A stretch of DNA of 62,717 nucleotides, filler included. It is 5 parts of 5 records of this genome, joined end to end, with 100 filler letters (N's around TTAATTAATTAA, not from the genome) between each part and the next. Parts side by side here need not be neighbours in the genome. Positions count along the whole stretch, not along the records: positions 43,177 to 55,410 come from SRR22947727_18; positions 55,511 to 62,717 come from SRR22947727_32; 3 more parts are not named here. The stretch is one strand, 5' to 3'. Shown here piece by piece: positions 48,734-57,127 of the stretch. The notes under the pieces are model-generated. The model ran no database searches, was not told the DNA's origin, and worked only from the letters and a program-made list of their open reading frames with translations. Numbering within the stretch: the stretch's first letter is position 1; each line of letters starts with the position of its first letter. The translations under genes were made by a program, and so were the position numbers.

Positions 48734-48895
48734 ATGGTATATATAAATATATTTATGTGGATAACCGCTATTGTTGCAATAGCATCACTTGTAGCCGCCG
48801 TAACACCTACTCCGAAAGGAGATAAGTTTTTAGGCAAATTGTATAAAGTTATTGATTTTTTAGCTTTAAACATAGGCAAGGCTAAAGACAAATGA
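48734..48895 (+). CDS. Small membrane protein (53 aa), holin-like; below ORF-track cutoff
   Basis: MVYINIFMWITAIVAIASLVAAVTPTPKGDKFLGKLYKVIDFLALNIGKAKDK; SD AGAGGT; ATGA overlap with the next gene. Confidence 0.75.
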   Translation: MVYINIFMWITAIVAIASLVAAVTPTPKGDKFLGKLYKVIDFLALNIGKAKDK

Positions 48896-49143
48896 CCTGG
48901 TGGAAAAAAGTGACAAACTTCTTACGGTGGAGCGTGTCAAACGACACTAAAGTTGTAGAAGATAGAGGGCATGAAGAAGGCAAAAAGATTTTTTCTGGCG
49001 CTTACACAAAACAGGAAAAACCAAATGACGAAACTGAAATGGAAACCGTCAGAGCGCGTAACGAAAAAGGACGTTACGTGGCAGATGATTTATCCACTCC
49101 AGATGTTAATGAAGCTTACGTTAAACGCAAAAAGAAAAAATAA
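48892..49143 (+). CDS. Phage hypothetical protein
   Basis: VRARNEKGRYVADD.STPDVNEAY; translationally coupled at both ends. Confidence 0.7.
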   Translation: MTWWKKVTNFLRWSVSNDTKVVEDRGHEEGKKIFSGAYTKQEKPNDETEMETVRARNEKGRYVADDLSTPDVNEAYVKRKKKK

Positions 49144-49325
49144 TGGCCACCGCTAAAGACGCACTTCATCAAATTAGCTCACACGAAAAAGAGTGTGCCA
49201 TACGCTATCAAAATATAGAAAAACGTCTTGACGAAGGATCTGATAAATTTAAAAAATTAGAAATTATGCTTTGGGGTGTTTATCCTTTTATGGTTGGCGC
49301 TATTGTTTTAACTAAATTTTTATAA
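49143..49325 (+). CDS. Phage small coiled-coil protein with C-terminal TM helix
   Basis: HEKECAIRYQNIEKRL...MLWGVYPFMVGAIVL. Confidence 0.7.
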   Translation: MATAKDALHQISSHEKECAIRYQNIEKRLDEGSDKFKKLEIMLWGVYPFMVGAIVLTKFL

Positions 49326-49333
49326 AGAGTAAA

Positions 49334-49726
49334 ATGAGTGATAGAGAGGGTTCAGGAAGATTTGGTGGAGACATGGACAGAAACGAGGTTGAAATTGACC
49401 TTAGTAAGTTCATGGCTTTGTTGCAAGAACAATCCACTTTAAAAGACAGAATAAGAGAATTAGAAGACGAAGGAACTAAGAATCCGCATCAAAAGTGGAT
49501 ATTCTTGGCCCAAGCCGTAGACAGTTGGCGTATATTTCCAAGAGCTTTTTTAAGCGTCTATATGTATTTACTGTACTTCACTACCTTTTGGTTTATGGAT
49601 TTAGAATCACCCAGTTTTGAGCAATCAGGATTAATCTCTATTGTTGTGGGGGCAGGTGCGGCCTGGTTTGGTCTATACGCAGGAACTTCAGGTTCAAGTA
49701 AGTCCTTTAAAGGCGAAGATAAGTAA
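49334..49726 (+). CDS. Phage two-TM membrane protein, holin-like
   Basis: N-terminal coiled coil, DSWRIFPR + TM1, EQSGLISIVVGAGAAWFGLY TM2. Confidence 0.6.
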   Translation: MSDREGSGRFGGDMDRNEVEIDLSKFMALLQEQSTLKDRIRELEDEGTKNPHQKWIFLAQAVDSWRIFPRAFLSVYMYLLYFTTFWFMDLESPSFEQSGLISIVVGAGAAWFGLYAGTSGSSKSFKGEDK

Positions 49727-50922
49727 TGAAAAAAAAAATAACTTTTACAGCAGTTTTGCTTTTTATAGGGTTATTAGGAGCAGCAGATAATGAACCTGAA
49801 AACCCAGACTGTACTGCTGGAACTCAATATTGTGAGCAAAATTCGTTAGACACAACTAACAACACCACAACCAGCAATACTAACGTCAACACGAACACGA
49901 ATACGAACACCAATACCACAACGACTACTAGCACAGCAAATAACACGAATGCCAATACAAATGTTAATACCAACACGACAACGACAACAGCAACAAATAC
50001 TAATGCCAACACCAACGTCAATTCAAATACAAGTAATAACACTAACGTAAACACCAGTTCCGCAACCAATACGAATAACAATACTTCGACTGCTACTAAT
50101 ACAAACACAAATAATTCAACAGCGACCAATACGAATGTAAATACATCCACTAATAACAGCACAGTCAACAGTACAGTTAATTCAAATAATACAAGTACAA
50201 CGAATAATACGAATACGAACACCAGTACCAATAGCAACACCAATACTAATAACAGCACCAGCACTTCGGATAATACAAACACCAATACCAATACTAATGT
50301 GAATCAATCAACGTCTGATTCAAAGGTAGAAACGGATAACACCAACACGAATAACAACAACACAGTCAGCGACAATACCAATCGAAATATTAATGAAAAC
50401 AATTCAACGCAGACTATAAAGCAAGAAATAGAAACTAAAGCTCCTCCTGCTTCTGCAATCGCACCAAGTATCATGTCTTATTCACAAGACTTATGTACCG
50501 TAGGGCGGTCAGGAGCGTTTCAAGGACAGGTGTTTGGTATATCTGGTGGCAGAACAGTTACAGATGAAAATTGTGAAAGACTTAAGCTTAGTAAATATAT
50601 CTATGATATGGGTATGAAAGTCGCAGCAGTTTCTGTGCTTTGTCAAGATTCTAGGGTATTTCAAGCAATGGAAATGGCAGGCACTCCTTGCCCTTATATG
50701 GGTAAAATAGGTAAAGAGGCTGCAAATGGTTGGAAATCTAATCCTTCTCAAAGACCAGACGCTAAAGAATACAAAGCTAATTGGCTGAAACAATGTAAAA
50801 AAGGTCTGAACCCTGATGATACAAACTACAACAAGGATATCGTAAGTGGAGTAAGAAAGGTTCTAACAAAAAGCACTAAGACCACAAAGCAATGTAAAAA
50901 AGAATGGAATAATGTGGGGTAA
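49726..50922 (+). CDS. Phage exported protein with long Asn/Thr-rich region and Cys-containing C-terminal domain
   Basis: Signal peptide MKKKITFTAVLLFIGLLGA; about 180 aa of NTN/TT repeats; PPASAIAP...DLC...NCERLKLSK...LCQD...AGTPCP. Confidence 0.8.
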   Translation: MKKKITFTAVLLFIGLLGAADNEPENPDCTAGTQYCEQNSLDTTNNTTTSNTNVNTNTNTNTNTTTTTSTANNTNANTNVNTNTTTTTATNTNANTNVNSNTSNNTNVNTSSATNTNNNTSTATNTNTNNSTATNTNVNTSTNNSTVNSTVNSNNTSTTNNTNTNTSTNSNTNTNNSTSTSDNTNTNTNTNVNQSTSDSKVETDNTNTNNNNTVSDNTNRNINENNSTQTIKQEIETKAPPASAIAPSIMSYSQDLCTVGRSGAFQGQVFGISGGRTVTDENCERLKLSKYIYDMGMKVAAVSVLCQDSRVFQAMEMAGTPCPYMGKIGKEAANGWKSNPSQRPDAKEYKANWLKQCKKGLNPDDTNYNKDIVSGVRKVLTKSTKTTKQCKKEWNNVG

Positions 50923-53329
50923 GAAACCAGACCCAGATTATAAAGCAGAATGGTTTGTTGTAGCGGGTATGGTAATTTTAGGACTTACGGTTCTATTCTT
51001 ATCTTTTAATACAAAGGCCGATTACATTTATGAAGCAAACCAGCCTTTATACGATTTACAAACGAACTCAACAGGGTCAACAGGACTAGGTTCAAATGAC
51101 GATGCAGTATCCGGAGCATTTAACATAGGATTTACTTTTGATTTTTATGGTCAGTCTTTTACTCAAGCCAGAATGGCAACTAACGGTTGTCTTCACTTTA
51201 AAACAAGTGGTGCTTACTGTAATGACTTTACCCCCGACCCCTTAACAGGGCAACATACTTATACTTTATACGCCTTTTGGACTGACCTAATAAAAGATAA
51301 TGGTTCAGCTATGAGAGCCAAAGCTTTTGATAATCACACCATTTTTGGCTGGTATAACATGAGGGAATATAACCAAGCGAATACGGACAATAGTTTTGAA
51401 GTATGGTTATACCCCAACGATACTTTTGAGTTTAGATATGGTGGATTAGATATTGATAGCCATGATGTACTAATTGGAGAAATAGGAAGTGGTACATCAG
51501 AAGTGTACCAGTATCTTTTTCACGATGAATGTAACACAGGTTCAACTAATGTAGCAGGTTCATGCACCAATACATCTTGGAATAGTTCTAGTTCTAATAC
51601 ACTACTAGAAAATGGAGGTTCTTTGTATGGTGTAGGCACAGGAAATGCTTTAGATTGTAGTAATGTATTAAATAATAGTAATTGCACAGGTTATGCTGCT
51701 GCATATTTAACGCAACAATGTGATTTAGACAGCCTTTATTCTAGTTCTTGTGATAATTACTGGAGTGCTTATGACGATCAACAATGCGAAGATGATCCTC
51801 AATATTCACCTTCCTGTGCAGGTTATACACAAGAATCTTCAGTTGCTTATTATGTGCAAGATGAATTTGATTACGGTTATGAAGATGACTATGGTTTTAC
51901 TCAAGATGACATGTGGTATGACGAAGAGTACGATGAATGGCTAGATCCTTATGATCCTTGTTACGAAAATAACTGTGTAGATTTTACCGATGCAGATTGG
52001 TACGAACTTGATATAGAACAGTTTGGCCAGGATCAGGTAGATGAATGGTACGGAAACGATGTAGAGTTTTCTAATGATGGTTATATTGAATACGGAACCG
52101 TAAATGAAGAAAACTATTGGACAGCTATTGACGATGGTATGGACGTATACGATTTAGAACAAGAAGCAATATGGGCAGAAGAAGAACTTCATTTAGTTTC
52201 TTACGATGAAATTGAATACGATCCCTTGCCTTTTGATACCAGCGAAGAACTTATAGAAGATTTTATTCTCCATGAAACAGTATTGGTAGAAGACTACGAA
52301 GACTTGGATACTTATATAGAATTTGAAAGCGTTGAAGAACTTGATGAATGGTACGAAGAAGAACTGGAACAGATAGAGGAAGAAAGAATAGAAGAAGAAT
52401 TACTGGCTGAAGAAGAAATTACAGAGGAAGTAGAAGAAGTATTAGAAGAAGAAGTGCTAGAAGAACTTTTTGAAGAAATAGAAGAAGAAAGATTAGCTGA
52501 AGCAGAAGAAGAAATATTAGAAGAAAGAGAAGAAAGAAGTGGTGGAATTACTGCTACTCAATTAAGCGTAGTAGCCAGCACTATTCAAACAGCTTCTAAT
52601 AGTGTTTCAGGCACTACGGCTCGTACATCAACTCGCGGATCAGGTTGGGGTACTAGCGCAGGTGGATCAAATGGCACAACCACAAGCGGAAATTCTGTTG
52701 TTAGCAGTACCGCAGGCAATACAACCACAACAGCAGTAGCCAGCGCAGCTTCCGGAGGTGGATTTTCTACTAGCAGCTCCCCTAGCATTTCAGATCAAAT
52801 ACAAACCGCCCAGGTGCAAACAAATACGGTTTTAAGTTTAAGTCAGGATATGAGTTCAACTAGCGGAACGAATGGAGGCACTCAGACAGTAAGTAATGTG
52901 ACTACAGTAATAACTCCTATGCCAATCTTTGATTCAAACCCACAAGTAGTAATGGCAGACGTGCAAGTAACCGATATGCAAGGTGAAATTAATACTGCCG
53001 TCGGAGGTGTGATGACCGCATCAGAGGCCGACCAGATAGCTGACCAAATAGTTGCTGATAATATTAAAGAACAACAAGAAGCAGGGCAAACTACCCAAGA
53101 AGAAACAGGTGAGTACGGAGATCAGTCTACTTTAGTAGCTTTTATGGGGTACGTACCTGGTTTTGATGCTTATAAGGAAGTACAAATCCCACAACAAGAA
53201 ACTTGGTACGAGCCAAAGGCAATCTATGCAGATGTCTCAATTTCAGATAACATAGAAGCGTTTTATGGATTAGCAAGAACGAACATTAATACGATGCAAA
53301 GTTTAATTAATCAACAACCTAATTTATAG
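50912..53329 (+). CDS. Phage exported protein: NIDO-like domain, Cys-rich repeats, acidic tract, Ser/Thr/Gly tract
   Basis: Signal/TM segment; DD..S....IGFTFDFYGQ.F....MATNG.L.F...Y.FWTDL; QC..D..YS..C..Y repeats. Confidence 0.72.
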   Translation: MWGKKPDPDYKAEWFVVAGMVILGLTVLFLSFNTKADYIYEANQPLYDLQTNSTGSTGLGSNDDAVSGAFNIGFTFDFYGQSFTQARMATNGCLHFKTSGAYCNDFTPDPLTGQHTYTLYAFWTDLIKDNGSAMRAKAFDNHTIFGWYNMREYNQANTDNSFEVWLYPNDTFEFRYGGLDIDSHDVLIGEIGSGTSEVYQYLFHDECNTGSTNVAGSCTNTSWNSSSSNTLLENGGSLYGVGTGNALDCSNVLNNSNCTGYAAAYLTQQCDLDSLYSSSCDNYWSAYDDQQCEDDPQYSPSCAGYTQESSVAYYVQDEFDYGYEDDYGFTQDDMWYDEEYDEWLDPYDPCYENNCVDFTDADWYELDIEQFGQDQVDEWYGNDVEFSNDGYIEYGTVNEENYWTAIDDGMDVYDLEQEAIWAEEELHLVSYDEIEYDPLPFDTSEELIEDFILHETVLVEDYEDLDTYIEFESVEELDEWYEEELEQIEEERIEEELLAEEEITEEVEEVLEEEVLEELFEEIEEERLAEAEEEILEEREERSGGITATQLSVVASTIQTASNSVSGTTARTSTRGSGWGTSAGGSNGTTTSGNSVVSSTAGNTTTTAVASAASGGGFSTSSSPSISDQIQTAQVQTNTVLSLSQDMSSTSGTNGGTQTVSNVTTVITPMPIFDSNPQVVMADVQVTDMQGEINTAVGGVMTASEADQIADQIVADNIKEQQEAGQTTQEETGEYGDQSTLVAFMGYVPGFDAYKEVQIPQQETWYEPKAIYADVSISDNIEAFYGLARTNINTMQSLINQQPNL

Positions 53330-53338
53330 GAGAAGAAT

Positions 53339-53698
53339 ATGGAATGGTTTAAATCAAAAGCAGGGCAATTAATTGCTTTAGCAACTATCGTAAGCACTTT
53401 AGCAGGATTTGGGTATGCAGGGGCAGGGTATGTTAATAGACTGGAAAACTTGGAAAAAAAAATAGGCGGTTTAGGTGAAACTGAAGATGCTCAACAAGTT
53501 ATAGAACAAAGGTTTGCAACTATTGAAACCGCAGTAGGGTATTTAGAAAAAGAAATTGACGGTATAGAGATCCCTGATAACAACGATAAACTTTCTAACA
53601 TGAAAGCATCTATTGCTAGTTTAACTAACGACGTAGAAAGAATACTTAGTGATATTGAAAAACTAGAGGATGGGAGCAAAAATCCTTTAGCAAATTAA
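53339..53698 (+). CDS. Phage membrane-anchored coiled-coil protein
   Basis: N-terminal TM helix, heptad-rich body, NPLA end; SD AGGAG. Confidence 0.7.
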   Translation: MEWFKSKAGQLIALATIVSTLAGFGYAGAGYVNRLENLEKKIGGLGETEDAQQVIEQRFATIETAVGYLEKEIDGIEIPDNNDKLSNMKASIASLTNDVERILSDIEKLEDGSKNPLAN

Positions 53699-53700
53699 CC

Positions 53701-54102
53701 ATGAAAATAGGTTTGATAATGGGTGGACTATTACTTGCTACCATAGCAAGTTCAGCTTGGTATATTGATAGATTGCAAGATAATATAGGTACGTTAAAAG
53801 GTAATCAACTTGTCTTAGAAACCAAGATTCAAGAACAAAATGAAGCTATTGAAACTGCTTTAAACAACCAAAAAAAAGCACAAACTCTTATGGCTTCTTT
53901 AGAAAAAGAAAAACAAGAAGCGATGCGTAATGTTAATAAATTAAGAAAAACATTTGCTAAACACGACCTAGATGAATTGACGTTAGCAAAACCAGAACTT
54001 ATGCAAAGCAAGATAAACAAAGCTTCTAAACGAGTTTTAGAAAACTTAGAAAAATTAACCGACCCAAAACAATTTGATGAAGAAGTTAGCAATAATACTT
54101 AG
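53701..54102 (+). CDS. Putative inner-membrane spanin (Rz-like)
   Basis: N-terminal TM helix plus long coiled coil; 3' end overlaps a lipoprotein gene; near lysozyme. Confidence 0.65.
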   Translation: MKIGLIMGGLLLATIASSAWYIDRLQDNIGTLKGNQLVLETKIQEQNEAIETALNNQKKAQTLMASLEKEKQEAMRNVNKLRKTFAKHDLDELTLAKPELMQSKINKASKRVLENLEKLTDPKQFDEEVSNNT

Positions 54103-54448
54103 TTTAGCTGTAATAGCTTCAGGCTGTTCTCTGATGGGAGATAAGGTCAAGCCTGTTTCTGTAACCACTATTGCCAAACAACAACCGATGTACCATCCGC
54201 CTTTACCTATGGAAGTGCAATTAGATCCTGTGGATTGGGAGATACTAACCCCTGACAGTATGCAATTGTATCTAGATAATTTAGAAAAAGGAGAGGCTCC
54301 TAAAAGAGCATTCTATAGTTTATCTAGTAAAGAATACGAACATTTAAGTATGGATATGGCAGACATAACTAGGTACATTACAGAGATACTGGGAATAGTG
54401 AAATTTTATAGAGATTATGACGAACCAGAGGAAGAAAAAGATGAGTGA
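54077..54448 (+). CDS. Putative outer-membrane spanin lipoprotein (Rz1-like)
   Basis: MKKLAIILSLAVIASGC lipobox-like signal; Pro-rich HPPLP; overlaps the i-spanin end. Confidence 0.65.
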   Translation: MKKLAIILSLAVIASGCSLMGDKVKPVSVTTIAKQQPMYHPPLPMEVQLDPVDWEILTPDSMQLYLDNLEKGEAPKRAFYSLSSKEYEHLSMDMADITRYITEILGIVKFYRDYDEPEEEKDE

Positions 54449-54857
54449 TGCACCAGATGCTTTTGTATATAACGCAACAATGGAAAGAGTTATAGACGGT
54501 GATGGCTTTGTATTGAGTGAAATAGATTTAGGGTTTAAAGTAAAGTTAGCCAATCAATCGGTTAGAATGGCTGGAATTGATTGCCCCGAAAGTAGGGTAA
54601 ATACAAAAAGACAACCAGAAAGAACTAAAGAAAAAGAATTAGGGTTGCAAGCAAAGGCACGACTAAAGGAGTTGCTAACAGGCGATATAAAAATTAAGTC
54701 TTTAGGACGTGGCAAATACGGTAGGTTGCTTGCTATACCATACGACAGCGAAGGTAACGATGTTTGTGCGAAACTTATTGAAGAGGGTTTGGCTGCTCCT
54801 TATTGGGGTGGTACAAAAAAAGCTAAAGTTAGAAAAGACGGGACTTGGGGAGAGTAA
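54441..54857 (+). CDS. Thermonuclease (SNase-like) family protein; start revised to MSDAPD
   Basis: VIDGD, IDLGF, VRMAGIDCPESR, GKYGRLLA, LIEEGLA..Y.GG. Confidence 0.85.
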   Translation: MSDAPDAFVYNATMERVIDGDGFVLSEIDLGFKVKLANQSVRMAGIDCPESRVNTKRQPERTKEKELGLQAKARLKELLTGDIKIKSLGRGKYGRLLAIPYDSEGNDVCAKLIEEGLAAPYWGGTKKAKVRKDGTWGE

Positions 54858-54858
54858 C

Positions 54859-55323
54859 ATGCACATATCAAATGAAGGACTAGAACTAATTAAACACTTT
54901 GAAGGTTGTCCTGTTAATGGAGCAGGAGATCCTGTTGCTTATTTATGCCCTGCGGGAGTGTGGACGATTGGATTTGGGCATATAAAAAATGTCAAAGAAC
55001 ATGATAGGTGGTCAATGAGCCACGCTGAATACATTTTAAGAGAAGAATTAGAAGATGAATACGAAGGTTATATAAATGATTTAGTAAAAGTTCCACTTGA
55101 GCAATGTATGTTTGATGCTTTAGTAGCCTGGGTATTTAATCTTGGACCAACAAACCTTTCTTCTAGTTCTTTACTGCGTGTTTTAAATGAAAAAAAATAT
55201 GAAGAAGTACCAGAACAAATTAAAAGATGGAATAAAGCAAATGGACAGGTGTTAGCGGGATTGGTTAAAAGAAGAGAAGCAGAAGCATTAATGTTTGAAG
55301 GAAAAGAATGGAGTAAAGTTTAA
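54859..55323 (+). CDS. Phage lysozyme/endolysin, GH24; start revised to MHISNEG
   Basis: LIKHFEG...AYLCPAGVWTIGFGH, FDALV.WVFNLG, RWNKA.G.VL.GL..RREAE. Confidence 0.92.
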   Translation: MHISNEGLELIKHFEGCPVNGAGDPVAYLCPAGVWTIGFGHIKNVKEHDRWSMSHAEYILREELEDEYEGYINDLVKVPLEQCMFDALVAWVFNLGPTNLSSSSLLRVLNEKKYEEVPEQIKRWNKANGQVLAGLVKRREAEALMFEGKEWSKV

Positions 55324-55410
55324 ATGCCATTACAAAAAACAATATTTAAACCTGGAATTTATAGAGAAGGAACCGATTACGATAACGAAGGCGGTTGGTT
55401 TGATTGTAAT
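55324..55410 (+). CDS. Phage structural protein, N-terminal fragment
   Basis: MPLQKTIFKPGIYREGTDYDNEGGWFDCN, truncated by contig end. Confidence 0.6.
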
Positions 55411-55510
55411 NNNNNNNNNNNNNNNNNNNNNNNNNNNNNNNNNNNNNNNNNNNNTTAATTAATTAANNNNNNNNNNNNNNNNNNNNNNNNNNNNNNNNNN
55501 NNNNNNNNNN
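55411..55510. other. Artificial contig spacer
   Basis: N-run + TTAATTAATTAA + N-run. Confidence 0.98.
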
Positions 55511-55845
55511 CCTGGATTAATTCTTAAACATTTTGCTCCATTTTCAGCTGCTTCTATTGCTCTTTTATAATGAAAGTGAATGTCGGCGATAATAGGTACA
55601 GAAACATGTTTGGTAATTTCTTTAAGTGCCATTGAAGATTCTTGATCTGGGCAAGAAACTCTTACAAGATCAGCTCCCTCTTCATGAATATCATTTATTT
55701 GTTTTATAGTAGCCTGAATATCTGTTGTCAAAGTATTGGTCATTGATTGAACAGATATAGGATTGTCTCCACCAACCTTAACTTCACCTACATTGATGAC
55801 TTTAGTTTTTTTTCGATGAATATCTCTAAATGGTCTAAGGCTCAT
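55511..55845 (-). CDS. ispG: 4-hydroxy-3-methylbut-2-en-1-yl diphosphate synthase, N-terminal part
   Basis: [35 protein letters not shown]. Confidence 0.95.
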
Positions 55846-55848
55846 CAA

Positions 55849-57060
55849 TTAATCTAATTTAAATTCTTTATGAAGTGCTGCTATAGCTTTTTTTATCTGT
55901 TTATTAGAAATCAAAACTGAGATTTTAATTTCAGATGTTGAAATGACCATAATATTTATTTTTTTAGAAGCTAATGCTTGAAACATTCGATAAGTAATTC
56001 CAGGAGTAGTAATCATGCCCACACCAACAATGGAAACCTTCGAAACATTATTGTCATATGAGAATTTTCTAAAAGAAATTCTTTTATTTTTTTTAATTAT
56101 TTTTTCAGTCTTTTTCAAATCCTCAGATTTAATGGTAAATGTTAGATCAGTTTCTTTTCCATTTAATGATATATTTTGAACAACCATATCAACATTAATT
56201 TGATTTAGTGATAATGGTTTAAAAACAGCTGCAGCCACACCTGGTTTATCTTTAACACCTACTATTGTAACCTTTGCATCATTTTTTGTAGATGTAATTC
56301 CTGTAATTATTTGATTACTAAATATTTTTTTAGCTCCTGTAATTAATGTTCCTCTTTTTTTTTCAAAAGATGATTTTACTGAAAAATTTATATTATTTAA
56401 TTTAGCATCTTGTACTGAAGTTGGCTGCATAACCTTTGCCCCAAGTGATGCCATCTCTAACATCTCATCGTATGAAATTTTAGAGATCTTTTTTGCTTTT
56501 GAATGATTTCTTGGATCTGTTGTATAGACACCATCTACATCAGTATAAATATCACATGCATCTGCATTGAAGAATTTTGCAAGCATTATGGCTGAAGCAT
56601 CTGTTCCACCTCTGCCAAGTGTTGTTATTCTTCTATCTAAATTAATTCCCTGAAAACCAGTTATGATAGGAATACCACCTGTTTTCATAAAAGTTAGTAT
56701 TTTAGTTTTATTGATTTTACTTATTCGTGAAGCGCTATAAGGACCTTCAGTAATTATTGGAAGTTGCCAAGACATCCATGATCTTGCTTTCAAACCTAAA
56801 TGTTTAAGTCTGCCAGCAATTAATGCACATGCAGCTTGCTCACCTGATGAAAGTAAAACATCATACTCTGCAGAGTCAAAATTATTGCTTAATTCTTCTG
56901 TTTTTCTAATAAGATCATTAGTGGTTCCACTCATTGCAGAAGAAACCACAATAACATTAAGCTTTTTTCTTTTATATGAAGCAATTATTTTTGCTACTTT
57001 TTTAATTCTATCTATATTTCCAACAGACGTTCCGCCAAACTTTAATACTACAATTTTCAT
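55849..57060 (-). CDS. lysC: Aspartate kinase
   Basis: KFGGTSVG, VSSAMSG, TLGRGGTD, YTDVDGVYTTDPR, ACT domains, STSEIKIS. Confidence 0.96.
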   Translation of the reverse strand: MKIVVLKFGGTSVGNIDRIKKVAKIIASYKRKKLNVIVVSSAMSGTTNDLIRKTEELSNNFDSAEYDVLLSSGEQAACALIAGRLKHLGLKARSWMSWQLPIITEGPYSASRISKINKTKILTFMKTGGIPIITGFQGINLDRRITTLGRGGTDASAIMLAKFFNADACDIYTDVDGVYTTDPRNHSKAKKISKISYDEMLEMASLGAKVMQPTSVQDAKLNNINFSVKSSFEKKRGTLITGAKKIFSNQIITGITSTKNDAKVTIVGVKDKPGVAAAVFKPLSLNQINVDMVVQNISLNGKETDLTFTIKSEDLKKTEKIIKKNKRISFRKFSYDNNVSKVSIVGVGMITTPGITYRMFQALASKKINIMVISTSEIKISVLISNKQIKKAIAALHKEFKLD

Positions 57061-57127
57061 TGATAATTTTGTTTAATTTTTATTTGATAAAATACATCTT
57101 AATTGTTATGTCCACAAGTCATCTATT

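Larger units (their letters stand above)
43177..55410 (+). mobile_element. Tailed bacteriophage genome fragment (virion, membrane and lysis modules), whole contig
   Basis: All genes on + strand, tightly packed, visibly higher GC, clear SD motifs (AGGAG/GAGGT), tail-fibre, spanin and GH24 lysozyme genes; no host genes. Confidence 0.93.

Noticed and set aside
49824-50291. 155-aa Val/Leu-rich minus-strand ORF resembling a membrane protein
   Set aside because: Antisense shadow of the Asn/Thr codons in the 398-aa gene
46765-50922. CRISPR array or diversity-generating retroelement in the repetitive phage genes
   Set aside because: Repeats are in-frame protein repeats with synonymous variation; no repeat-spacer structure, reverse transcriptase or adenine-specific TR/VR pair seen
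20480-55510. Four identical TTAATTAATTAA palindromes flanked by N-runs
   Set aside because: Artificial six-frame-stop contig linkers of exactly 100 bp; not biological, and ORFs running into them (20532-20783, 55459-55848) have false ends
43077-55510. Prophage integrated between the O-chain cluster and ispG
   Set aside because: Both boundaries are contig spacers; no integrase, att repeats or host-phage junction is visible
57100-57120. DnaA-box-like TTATGTCCACA between lysC and ubiG
   Set aside because: Does not match TTATCCACA without a gap, single copy, no origin context
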